NCBI GenBank assembly: GCA_028826165.1
Contig: JAPDFW010000070.1
Span: 372,001-436,000, forward strand
Source: Anaeramoeba ignava BMAN
Lineage: Eukaryota; Protista; Anaeramoebae
Direction of reading: 5' to 3'
Length of the DNA stretch: 64,000 bases
Shown: positions 14,088 to 27,500 of the stretch, in pieces
How positions within the stretch are numbered: position 1 is the stretch's first letter
Layout: each line of letters starts with the position of its first letter
Made by a program: the position numbers and the translations under genes
Notes under the pieces: model-generated
What the model was told of the DNA's origin: nothing
The model's database searches: none
The model's input: only the letters and a program-made list of their open reading frames with translations

Positions 14088-14986
14088 TATTATTAATTTT
14101 AATTTTAATTTTAATTTGTTGTCTTTTTGGTTTGAAATCTAATTGATGAAAAAATTTTTTCTAAAAGGGGTTTTTTTTTGAATAATAAAAAAAAAAAAAA
14201 AAGAATTTGATGAAAGAAAAAAAAAGATTTTAGATAAAAAAAAACGCTTTTCAAAAATTAAAAAAATAAAAAATAAAAATAAAAAAATGTTTTTCTTAAA
14301 TTTTTTTTTATTTATTTTCTTTTTCTTTCAATAAAAAAAAAATTTTTTTTTAAATAAATTAATTTAAAAATAGTATTATTAAAACAAAAAAAAAAGTGGG
14401 TCTTGGTTCTTTTTTGAATTAAAGTTATTATCCAAAATGACTCATCTGCCATTTGGATAAAAAAAAATAATTTAATAAAAAGATAATTTATTTAAAAAAA
14501 AAAATTCAATTTTTTATCTTATCTTTTAATTTTAAATTTTTAAATTTAAATTTAAATTCAATTTTTAAATAAAAGAAAAATTTGCGAAAAATTTTAAAAA
14601 TTAATTGATCAATAAAATAAAAATTTATATTTGGGTTTATTTAATTTTAATTTAATTTGTTTTTTTTTGATCTTTTTTAATCTTTTTTTACAACGTGTTT
14701 TTTTTTTATTTATAATTTTATTTAAATTTTTATTTGCTATAAATATTAAATATTAAATAAAATTGGAAATAATTTTAAATTGATAGATCTTTTTTTATTT
14801 TTTCTTCTTTCTTTTTTTTTTTTTTTGAAATCTTATTTTGTTGATTTTGAAAAGCAAAAAATAGATTTTTTTTTAAATAAGTTTTTCTTTTATTTTTTGA
14901 TTAAATTAATTCCAATAAAAAAAGTGGAAAAAAATTTTTTTTTGTTTTTTGATTTCTTTGATTTTTTTTTGTTAGTTTTTGTTTTT

Positions 14987-16045
14987 TTAATTGCAAAATT
15001 GGCTGATTTTGTTTTTATGACTTTGATGAAGTAATGCATCAATTGTATTATAACACATTAAAACAGCACTAACTGTAATTGCAATAGCAAATGTGAATAG
15101 AATAAGAGCTGCTCTTTTATATTTTCTAACCAAGTAATTTAATGTTAATTTTCCAATAGGAAAGCAAATTAATGTAACTCCAAAAAACCAAAATCCTTTT
15201 GCATAAGGAACTAATCCAATTAGTAAATATTGAATTGCAGTTGAAGAAGAAGCTAAAAGAACAATTAAAGCAGATGTTGCTGTTAAAACTTCTGGATTAA
15301 GTTTCATTTCAACCAAAATGAATGAAGTTATTGTTCCAGCACCAGCTCCAAGCATTCCAGCAACTAATCCATTTAAAAAACAAACTAAAGCAAATGCTAT
15401 AATAATTTTTTTACCCCATTTTACATCTCCTTTCTAAATTAAATTTAAATTAATAAAAAGTGGAATATTAAATTTAATTAATAAAAAGTGGAATATTAAA
15501 TTAAATTAAATAAAAAGTGAAATATTAAATTTAATTAAATAAAAAGTGAAATATTAAATTTAAATTAAATAAAAAGTGGAATATTAAATTAATTAAATAA
15601 AAAGTGGAATATTAAATTTAATTAAATAAAAATTAGAAATTAAAAAGTGGAATATTAAATTAAATTAAATAAATAAAAAGTGGAATAACATATTCAATAA
15701 GAGGTTTATTAACTATTGGGTGTTTAAAAGTAGAATATTAAATTAAATAAAATAAAATTAAAATTAATTAAATTAAAAATTGGAATTAAATTAAATTAAA
15801 AAAATTAAAATTGCAAAATTGGATAAAGGTTTATTAACAGCTGAAAATTAACAAAGAAAATTGGAATTGCACCTCCAAAAATTGCAAAATTAGATAAAGG
15901 AACAGCAAGTGAAGATGAATAACGAAGAATTAAATAAAATATTCCTACAAATAAAATACCTCCTCCAATTCCTGCTCCTGCTGCCATAAGAGAGAATATT
16001 GCAATTAAAAGTGATCCAACAATGAATAAAGCATTAAATTTAAAT
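14987..16045 (-). pseudogene. Partial tandem duplicate of the TauE/SafE gene (start and most of exon 1 missing)
   Basis: Exon 2 nearly identical to 11198-11644; ~200 nt of exon 1 retained (15845-16045) with V>I changes; no MSDT start; scrambled remnants at ~15690-15845. Confidence 0.7.
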
Positions 16046-16119
16046 TTTAATTTTAATTTTAATTTAAATTTAAAAAAATAAAAAATAAATTTTTCATTTT
16101 TTTCTTTTTCTTTCTTCAA

Positions 16120-18426
16120 ATGAATTTTATAGAAATTATTAATAAATATTTCCCTGATTTAAAATCTTTCCAAAATTCAAATCAAATCCTTAATATTTTA
16201 GAATCTCAAAATCAACAAATTTTATCAAAATCAAACTCTATTGATCTAAATTTACCTCAAAAAAATAAACAAAATTTATCAAATCAAATTGAAAATTTAA
16301 AACAAGAAATTATTGAAATCAAAAAATCACTGGAAACCCAAAAAGAAAAACAAAACACTCAAGAACTTAAAAATAAAATTCAACCGTTATTTGATTCATT
16401 ACTTTCTTCTTTATTTTTTGATGATCAACAACTAAATTTAATTGAAAAACAATTTGAATTCAAAATTGATCATGAAATTCCAAACAAAATCAATTCTAAT
16501 TCTTCATTTCTACAAAAGATTCGCGAAGCCACTGATTCAAAAACAAAAAATATCGACTCTTTATTTGATTTGATTCCAAAGGATGCTGAAGATTTTCATC
16601 ATCTTTTAAATTCAAAAGAATACCAACAAATAAAATCAATTCAAGTGAATAACCCAGAAAAATTAGAAATCATCGAAAACAAAATCAGCAAAATTACTCA
16701 AGAGATTATTGAGAACAAAAAGCAAATTCTCACTTCGCTTCTGGATGCCTTCCAATGGCCAGCAATCCGTATTGATTCAGTTGACAAATTGGATGGATGG
16801 AAAATTTTCAGTCAAATTTTTGGTGATCTTCTTCAATTGAAATGGGAAGCTGCTTTCGAACTCATTACACGTCCATTGATGATTCGGTTTAAATTTAATT
16901 TTTATGGAGATGTCCCAACAAATGATATTGCTCATCCAGAATGGATATTCAAATACATATTCGATCTCAAAAAAAATCATTTAACTTTTCTCGACAAATT
17001 CATTCAACCCATTTTTATTCAAAGGAAAATCACCCATGTTTATGTCCATACTTTATTAATTGAGCAATTAATCCATGAAGCAACCAAAAAAATTATCCAG
17101 AATTTGAACCAAATTACAAAACAATATCAACCCAAAAATATGTCAAAGGATGAAAAAGATTTATTTTACCATACAATAAACGAATTGTTTAATTTCCAAC
17201 AAAATTTATCTCAAGAATACGAGTTTTCAGATTCGTTTCCTGATCCCATATCCATATTTACAGATTCCCCGATTCATTACCAAAAGGGAGTAACAATGAA
17301 ACCAGAAAACTCTCTCCATTTTTACTATTTCAAAGTTTGGAAATTTATTGAAAAAGAATGTAAATAAGAATTCAAGATGAAAACAATTTCTCTTTTATAT
17401 TCGTCATTCATTTAATTTAATTTAATTTAATTTTTTATTTTTATTTTATTTTTTAATTTAATTGTATTTATTATCAATCATTAAGTACTTCATCGAGAAG
17501 TTATAAAACTATTTGAATCAAAGAATTGCTTAAACCTCATTTTCAACCAATTTACACCCCAAAAATCATTGATGGTTGATTTAAAACCAACGTATTTTAG
17601 TTACGGATTCACCATTTTATTACTAGATTTCTTCAATAGAGTCAAACATCTTCAATCAAGTCGCCAATGTTTAAGTTTATCAAACAAAATTGCCATCTAT
17701 TTACTTGATTTGTTTTGTGATCTGGTATTTTTATTAGTTTCATTTCAATTCAATCCAAAAATCAATACTAATTTTGGTTTTTTGAAATGATTTAGTTGAA
17801 AAAAAAATATTCAAGTAATTCAAATATCGTTATTGAAATAATCTGTCCACTTATTAATTCAGCAAATTATGTTAAGCAAGTTCTTGAAGATTTGAATCAT
17901 GATTTTGTAAATATAAAAATTTATAAAAATTTATAAAAAATTAAAATTAAAAAAAAAAAAAAAAAAGTTCTTCATTCAATTAGAAAATTCCAAAAATTTT
18001 TACCTAAATGATCCAAAACAAAAAACCCAAAAATTATGGATGAATGAAATTATTCAATCTCCTTCTTTATCACAAACTAAACCAATATTTTTCCAGAAAA
18101 AAATCCAAAACTTGCAGAATCTTATCGATTATTTACTCGAAGAATTTATAAGATTATTTCTTCAATCCTTCAATAAGGAAACTATCCCTTTAATGGACCA
18201 AGAATCAATTGAATTCGTTTCAATCAAACATTTTATTTTGATTTATCCAAATTTATTTAGCAAAGTGAAATTTTTTTATCAAAAATTAAGACAAGTTGAA
18301 CAAATTTTAATTCATGATCAATTTGAGAAATTATTTCTTTCAGTTTCAAATGGAATCCAAAAAAATCTTTTTAACTCAATTGTTGATCAAAATTTTTCTA
18401 AATTTTTTGATGAAAACGAAATTTAA
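16120..18426 (+). CDS. RINT1: RINT1/TIP20 family ER-Golgi tethering subunit, multi-exon
   Basis: N-terminal coiled coil, FQWP, PLMIRFKFNFYGDVPTNDIAHPEWIF signature, FYHTINELFNF; short GT-AG introns between 17360 and 17970. Confidence 0.72.
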
Positions 18427-18534
18427 AAAAACAGAAACAGAAACAGAAACATAAATGAAAATGAAAATGAAAAGATTTTCTTTTTTATCAAATTTTTGGA
18501 ATGAAAAGAATGAAAAAAAAATTTAAATTTAAAT

Positions 18535-21500
18535 TTAAATGTTCCTCATTAAAATTTCTTGGAAATATTTAAAAGATTCAATACAATGTTGAACTTGAAT
18601 AATTTCTGGGAAACTTTTGATGGTTTTCTCAATTAATGAATTTTTAGTTAATGAAGAATAAGCAATAAAACTTTCTTTTAATTTATCGTTTTGAGAAATT
18701 GTTTCTTTTTCTTTTAAAATTTCCAAAATAAAATTAAGCCAAAAATTTATAAAAGAATCAGAAAGTTGTCCGATTTTTGATGCAAAACTATCCAATTCCT
18801 TTTTTAAATTTGTATTTAATGGTGCTTGATAACATTGTGCAATTGATTTTAATGGTTCATCAAAAATTTGTTTGAATTTATTCTTAATAAAAAGAATATG
18901 AGTTAATTTAACTTCTTTTTTCAATGTTGGTGATATTTTGGCAATTTCTTCAATTTCTTGAATTTGGAGATCTTTTGAAACAAATTGATATAATGGTTTT
19001 TCAAAAAATTCATTTGAAAAAAGTGTATCAGAACTTTGGTTGAAATATTCAATAATATGATCAATAATAAATAGGAAATTTCTTGATTTAAAATTCTCAT
19101 TAAGTTCCTTCAATATTTGATTCCATTTAAATTCAGAAAGAGAAGATTGATTTTCCTGAATGATTTCTAGGTTAAATTCTTTGAAATCGATTTGTGTATC
19201 TAAGAATACAAAATTATTAATTCTGAATGTGAAATTTTTTGAGTTTGTTAATATGTTTGTTAATATATTTTTCACTCTATTTTCAATTTCATTTGGAGTT
19301 GATTTGAATATAATTTCTTTTTCAAATAATTCTTCAATTTCAGAAATTTCAAATTTGAAAAGTCGTAATTTATCAATTTTCTCATCTAAATCAGGTAATT
19401 TAACAACAAGCCTATTTTCCTTTTTCCTTTTCTTTTTATCATCTTTACTTTCTGTCAATTTCAATGCTTTTTCAATTAGATTTCTATTCAGATTTGAAAT
19501 GTGCTCAATAACAATCTTAACGAAACATTTTTTTTCATCGTCAATTTCTCCAGGAATAAAATACTCAATTGATGTATTTTTATTAATGGTGAATGCTTCC
19601 AAATCTCTTGATAATCCATTTTTCAAAATTAAATATTTTGTTTGTTTCCAACATGTATTGAAAAATTTCTCGAATTTATTATAAACTTCCGTCCAATTCC
19701 GTTCTTCTTTTTTTTTCGATAATTCAAAAGTAAAATCTTCAATAGAAATGCTCTCAATTTCATCTTTTGATAACTTTCCATTCCACAACTTGAATAAATT
19801 GTTAATAAACAATAAAAATGAAGGAAATAAATTGATCAGTTCAACAGCATCTAAATTTTCAAATAAAAATCTTATAAACTTATTCTCCTGTGTAGATTGA
19901 TTATAAATGGTGAAAAGCAGATTTTGGCTTTCAAATTGATATAAATACCATTTTTTTTGGAGATAACTCTTTTGGATTTCATTCAAAAGATTACTTTTCT
20001 TAAAACTTTTTTCTTTGATTAATTTGATAATTCCTGCATGTGAATTTTTCCAAACTTCTTGAATTTTATTTTCAAATTTATTTCTTGATTCTGGCTTTTC
20101 AAACGTCTTGAAGGTATTAAGTTTTGCTAATTTGCTATTTTCTGTTTTTAATTCAAGAGATATTTTTTGCAGAATCAAATGGAAATACAGAACAGAATTT
20201 CCAAATGTTGTTTCAAGTAATTTTGAAAGAGCAAAGAAATCATTCTGAATATGTTCATGTAAAAGATTTAGGATTTGTTCCTGTGAATTTGGATGAGAAA
20301 AAAAATCATTGACCATCATCAAAAATCCTAATCTAAATGATAGTGTCCCAAACACAAATCCAAATAATATTGAGTAAAAAAATAAACGAAGAATCCGGAA
20401 TGTAATTGGATTTAAGTCTCTAACAGTATAAAATATACTTTTTGGCAAGTTTGAATCAAAAATTAAATAGGGTGGATTCGTGAAGAAATTGATATCCACA
20501 GCTCTTAGAGATAATGAAGCTTTACAAATTGAGCATTCTTTGAGTTTTGATTCTTTTGAGTAATAATTTAAATGATTGTTTCGGCAAAGCAACCAATTAT
20601 TAGCATCTTTAATAAATTCGTTTTCAAATGGGATTGGAGGTGTTGTTGGGAAATAGAAACAGAGTTTTTCAGTTTTTTGGATTCTTTTTTCTGGATCATT
20701 TTCCATAATTATTGGGAATAATGAAAATAATGGTTCAATTTTATATTGCTCGAAAATTTCTATTGAATGAATAATTACTTGAAATAATTTGCCATATTCA
20801 TCATTATTTTGAATTTTCCCAAGTTTACTTTCAATGTGTGGAATAAATTTTGAATCGGTTATTAAATGAGATATATTTGCACTTTCATCAATTTTTTTAT
20901 TTGTAAAATATCCCAATATTGGTGTTTCTTTTGTAAATTCAATTGCTTTTGAATGTTTAGAAAATATTTTTTGGAATTGTTGAATATCTTTTTCTTTTGT
21001 TTTTCTTTTTTTTGAAATTTTTGTCAAGAAATTATTAATTGATGAAACTCCTCCTTTGTTGTAAATATTATGCAAAGAGAATAAAACCCAATCATCCTTA
21101 ATTGATATCTTGGATGTTCTGATAATATTTCTTAAATCTTTTTCTTTTTTTTTAATGATCTTTTTTCGTATTTCAATTAAATTAATAATTTGTTGAATAT
21201 TAATTGGTTCTTTAAATTGAACGCCTAAATGATTTAATAATTTTGAAGAATTTTTTTCATTTGAATCATTTTGAATTGTATTTATTGTGAAATTTTGATT
21301 TAAAGATTTTGGATTTTCCTCAAAAAATTTAACTAGCATTAAAGATATCAAATTGTTATGATTTTCTTCTAATGTATTTAAATCACATTTTGTCAAAGTA
21401 TTATCAATTCCTTTTTTAAAAGCGTTTTTTAATCCTTCAGAAATATCCTTCACAAATGCAAAATTAAACAAATGATCCAAACAAAGAACACGAATATTTT

Positions 21501-24500
21501 TCAATTGAGCTTCATTCAAAATTTGGATTCTTTGTATATCATATTCAGCAACAATATTTAAAAATGTTTCAATATTATTAGTTGCATATTTTGTTTTTCC
21601 ATGAAATAAATTTTGTTGGAACTCTAATCTTTCAACCATTAATTGGAATAAAAATTTAAAAAAAGTAGGAAATAATCCAACAAATAAAAAATTCTTAATT
21701 GATTCTTCTTTGTTTCTTCTTATAATTGCCTTCAAAACTGGGATGTAAATTGTTTCAACAAAATTTTCGGTTTTCAAATCTCCAAAAGTAATTCTTTTGT
21801 TACTTTTCTTAAAAAACAAATGAACAGAATCAAAATTTTGAAATTCAACAATTTCCATAACTTGAAATTTAATAAGAATTTTATGCCAATCATTAATTAA
21901 TTCTTGTATTTTTGGTTGTTCAATTTCTTTTTCTGGATCTTGTGTTTCCAAAAATTCAATTAATTTCTTAAATCTTGGAGTAAAAGAATAAATTTCTGGT
22001 ATAATATTTGGACGATTTTGTAAAACTTCTTTTGAATCCATTTGTTTTCCAAGAATTTCCAAACATGAAAAAATGAACAAATATTCTGAAAATTTTGGCT
22101 TAATTTCTTCTTCAGATTCTTTTTCAGATTCTTTTTTAGATTGTTTTTAGATTGTTTTTTAGATTGTTTTTTAGATTGTTTTTTAGATTCTTTTTCAGAT
22201 TCTTTTTCAGATTCTTTTTCAGATTGTTTTTTAGATTGTTTTTTAGATTGTTTTTTAGATTGTTTTTTAGATTGTTTTTTAGATTGTTTTTTAGATTCTT
22301 TTTCAGATTGTTTTTCAGGTTGTTTTTTAGATTCTTTTTTAGATTGTTTTTTAGGTTGTTTTTTAGATTCTTTTTCAGATTCTTCTTTAGATTGTTTTTT
22401 AGATTCTTTTTCAGGTTGTTTTTTAGATTGTTTTTTAGATTCTTTTTTAGATTCTTCTTTAGGTTGTTTTTTAGATTCTTTTTCAGATTGTTTTTTAGAT
22501 TGTTTTTTAGATTGTTTTTTAGATTGTTTTTCAGGTTCTTCTTTAGATTGTTCTTTAGATTGTTTTTTAGATTGTTTTTTAGATTCTTCGTCTTTTTAGA
22601 TTGTTTTTAGATTCTTTTTTAGATTCTTTTTTAGATTCTTCTTTAGATTGTTTTTCAGATTGTTTTTTAGATTGTTTTTTAGATTGTTTTTTAGATTGTT
22701 TTTTAGATTCTTTTTCAGGTTCTTTTTTAGATTCTTCTTTAGATTCTTTTTTAGATTGTTTTTTAGATTGTTTTTCAGATTGTTTTTCAGATTGTTTTTT
22801 AGATTCTTTTTCAGGTTGTTTTTTAGATTGTTTTTTAGATTGTTTTTCAGATTCTTTTTTAGATTGTTTTTTAGATTGTTTTTTAGATTGTTCTTTAGAT
22901 TGTTTTTTAGATTGTTTTTCAGGTTGTTTTTTAGATTGTTTTTTAGATTCTTCTTTAGATTCTTCTTTAGATTGTTTTTTAGATTGTTTTTCAGATTCTT
23001 TTTCAGATTCTTTTTTAGATTCTTTTTCAGATTGTTTTTTAGATTCTTTTTCAGGTTGTTTTTTAGATTGTTTTTTAGATTGTTTTTTAGATTGTTTTTC
23101 AGATTCTTTTTTAGATTGTTTTTTAGATTCTTCTTTAGATTGTTTTTTAGATTGTTTTTTAGATTCTTCTTTAGATTGTTTTTTAGATTGTTTTTTAGAT
23201 TGTTTTTCAGGTTCTTCTTTAGATTGTTCTTTAGATTGTTTTTTAGATTGTTTTTTAGATTCTTTTTCAGGTTCTTCTTTAGATTGTTTTTTAGATTCTT
23301 TTTTAGATTCTTTTTTAGATTCTTCTTTAGATTGTTTTTCAGATTGTTTTTTAGATTGTTTTTTAGATTGTTTTTTAGATTGTTTTTTAGATTGTTTATT
23401 CAATTTTTGATTATAATTTTCTTTTAATTGTTCACCAAATTTTTTGTTCATATATTCCCAAATTTCTGTAATTGATTTGAGATGATCTTTGAAATTCGAA
23501 ATGTAAATTTCTTGTATTTCAATTAAAGTGTATTCTGTTTTGTATTGTTGTGTAAAAATCAAATTTAAAATATCAATATTCAATTCTTCAATAATTTTGA
23601 TTTGATTAGTTTTCAATGTAAAATGTAATAAATCATGAATATATCTTGTCAGTAAATCAACATCTTTTTGATCTTCCGAACTAAATAATATTGATAAAAT
23701 TTGAATATCTTTTTCTTCTATTCTTTCACTATTTTTCAAAAAGATAAAGGAATTATCATTATCATTATCATTATTGTTGTTTTTGTTGCTTTTTTGTTGT
23801 TTGATTAACAGTTCTTGAATTGATAAATAAATATAATTTGAAAATGGGAATTGAGCTTTAAAAGTATAATCAGTTTCAAATAAAGGATAGAAATGAATAG
23901 AAAAATTCTTTGAAATATTGATCCAAACATCTAAAATATATTTTTGTTCTTCTCTAAAAAGATGAAGATTGTAGTTTCGATCAAAACTAGAAAGAAAAAT
24001 GGAAAATATTTTAATAATTTTGGAGAAAAATTCGTCTGAGATGTAAGATATGAAAGTTTCATCTCTTCTTTTCCGTTCTTTTTTTTCTTTTATCATATCA
24101 ACAATATTCCATTGATATAGTTTGTTGCTTTCATTCTTTTTTTCTTTGGATGCCGTGATAAAAGAATTAATCATAGATTGAACAAAGTTTTTGTTATCAA
24201 GTAAATTGATTGCCAAATTGATTAGTTCTGAATAATATTTGCTATCTGAACGCAAAAATTTACTTATAGAAAATGTAATATTGTTTTTTAGGATCACAGG
24301 TATTTGATCTTTAACATTTTGTATTAGTGTTTCCATTGATAAATTTTGGTCTATATTTCCTATTTTCAGATCAATTTCTATTTTTGGTGAAAGTTCCTCA
24401 AGATAATAATATTCCCAAATATCATCAAAACAATAGAAAAAAGTTTTTTTTATTAATGTAAGCGGGAGATGAACTATAAATACCACATAAAATTGTTGTT

Positions 24501-27500
24501 TCTCAAAGAAGTAGTGTTTTTTCTTATTTTCGTTTGAAAATTTTGGTTTGCTTGGTTTTTCCTCTTTGCTGTTCTCTTCTTGTAAGAATCTTTGAATCAT
24601 ATTTTCAATAAGATATCTTGATTGATAAAACATTTGTTCTGGTGATTGAGAAGTATCAAAATGAATTGTCAAAATAGATTTTGTGCTTTTGGCTTTAATT
24701 TTTGATGATTTGAACCATTTATCTGAAAGTCTTCTCTTTAGTGCGTCTTCATTTTGAAACTCAGAAAGATTAATTGATTCAAATTTGGAATTTTGAGGAT
24801 ATATAATTTTTCCATTTATTGGAGAACATGTCAAAATGATAGAATTATGTATTTTTCTGGGTTCTAATTCTTGTGTGAATAAATTAGCAAATCCCTTAGA
24901 TGATAATTGTAATCCATAATCCAAGAGATTTTGAATTTGTGTTTGTTCATTATCAATATCTTTGTTTTGATTATATATTTGCTGTATTTCAATCACAGAC
25001 TCAACTCTGCACAATCTCATCCAACATTTAATCATATCTTCTTCAATTTCTTTTTGTTTTTTCGATATTGTTTCTTGATTAGCTTTCTTATGGAATTTTT
25101 TCATATTTTTTAACTTATTTTGGAATTTAATTGCAAGACTTCCCAAAAAATCATTATGATAATTGATAATCAAATTCTCTTTTGTAATTTTAGAATCTGC
25201 CATTTTCTCAATAATACCCAAAGTATTATTTTGTTTTTCCAGAAAATTTTTTCCTTCATTATTATTAATAAGATTTTTTGATTCTATTAATTGTTTTTCA
25301 AATCTGTTAATAACTGCTGGTGATTCCTTTTCATAAGCTCTTATTTTAGTTGTAATAACAATAATTCTAAATCCTGGGTTTATAAAAACAAATCTTGATT
25401 CATCTTCAAAAAATATTCTTGTGTAAAGATTGTTTTCAATTTTTATATAATTTTGATTCAAAAGATCATAAAGTGGCCCAAGTAATCTATTGTTATTATA
25501 AAGAACAATTGTTTCTCCCAAAGAAACGGATTTTTCAACTTGTTTCAGATTTTGAATTATTTTGATACTTCTTCTTTCCTCTGTAGATAATGAACCAAAA
25601 ATAATATTTTTTTTTGATTTGATTTGTTGGAGAAAAACTGGGAAAAACGCTAAACTATCAATAAGAACCATCAAATGTCGTGAATACAAATGAACTTCAT
25701 CTTTCTCTAATTTATATTTTTGATTTCCTTCTCTGAGAAGTAAATTACCATGAATATTTTGTTGAACCATTTTCATTGAAGCAAATTCTTTTGACGGAAG
25801 TGGGAATCCAAATTTTTCATATAAATATTTTCTTAATTCTTCAAGAAAAGTAGGTTTTGAACCAAAATTTCTATAAATTCCATTCCATAATGTATTTGTA
25901 TCATCACTATTTTTTTGGAATCTTAAAGTTGCTTTGATAGACATTCTTAATAAATAATAAAAGTCTCTCAATCCATAATAATGTCTGTATATTGTTTGAT
26001 TTTGATTTTGATTTTGATTTTGATTTTGATTTTGATTTTGATTTTGATTTTGATTTTGATTTTGATTTTGATTTTGATTTTGATTTTGATTTTGATTTTG
26101 ATTTTGATTTTGATTTTGATTTTGATTTGGTTTTTGTTTTTCGATAACCTCAGAATAAAAGAGTGAAATATTACTAAAAATATTTTGTTGTTGTTCTAAA
26201 TTTTGAGATTGTAAAATTAAATTAGTTGTTTCTTCAATATCTTTAGAAATTGGGTCTTGTTTGCATAATAAAATTGAACGATTAGTATTTGCTGGATCCA
26301 TTTTCCAATTAGAAACTGCTATAATTGAAACAATTTCTTGATATTCTTTTTCCTTTGTGAGGTTAGAATTAGTTTTATGAGGAATATCATATCTTTCAAG
26401 GGGAATGCTTGGTTTTTTCATAAATTGATTCAAATATTTTCTATCAGAAAATTCAAGTTCTGAATGCAAAACTTTTAATGGCAAATCAGGACTGAATTCA
26501 GCAAAAGCAACTTCATCCAAAATCACAATAGGAATAATTTCAGATCTATTTTTTTTGGATTCTCTTGCTAATTCAAATATTTTTGATATTTCTTTTGATG
26601 ATAATATTTTGGAGCATTGAAGATAAAAAGGAACTAAAGGAGATAATTTGAATTTTCGAATTAATGAATTATTACTTCCTTGGCGTAAACGATGTAATAT
26701 AATTTCAATAGATAAAGTTTTTGATGTTCCTAAAAATATGATGATAATAATTTTATAAATATTTTTGTTTTTGTTTTCTATTTAAAAAAATATAAAAAAT
26801 AAAAATAAAAAATAAATACCTGGTTTTCCAACAATAAATAAAGGGATTTGAACATAACAAGAAATGAACACTAATAATAAATTCTCTTTCAGGATTTGAT
26901 TAACTGCAATTAAATTATTATATTCTCGAACTTTTAAATAACTAACCAAATTATCTTGAATTTGATCAACAATCATATCTAATGTTAAATTCTTTTTGCT
27001 TGTTTTCTTTTTCAACAAATTTTGGTTAATGTATTTAATATAATTTTGTCTATTATCATCAGGAAAATGTAATGCATAACAAATATAAATTGATAATAAA
27101 AAAGAACAAAGTGATCTTTCAATAATTGTATTTTCAAAAAGAAGTTGATTTATAGAAGATTCTAAGGCCCATTTCCAAATTCGTAAAGTTCTTGAAACAT
27201 CTCTTAAAGAAACTGAACTTTCTGGATCATTTGAATGGCTTCGAATAAAATCATTTGAATAACAAATTATCCAAATAAAATCTTTTATATCTTTTTTAAT
27301 AACTTTGATTTTGATTTTGGAATGTTGAAGTTCTTTCGTTACATTTCTCATCATTTTTGTGATATATTTTTTTTCAGCTTCTTTATCTAAATTTCCAAAA
27401 TCAAAAATATCTTCAAAAAATGAATCTTGAATTGGAAGAACACGATAAACAGCTTTTTGGATATCTCTTTTTTTTTTACTTTTTAATTTTTTATCAGCAT

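Noticed and set aside
22141-23427. Plus-strand ORFs of (FLDC)n and (FFRL)n
   Set aside because: Antisense shadows of the QSKK coding repeat.
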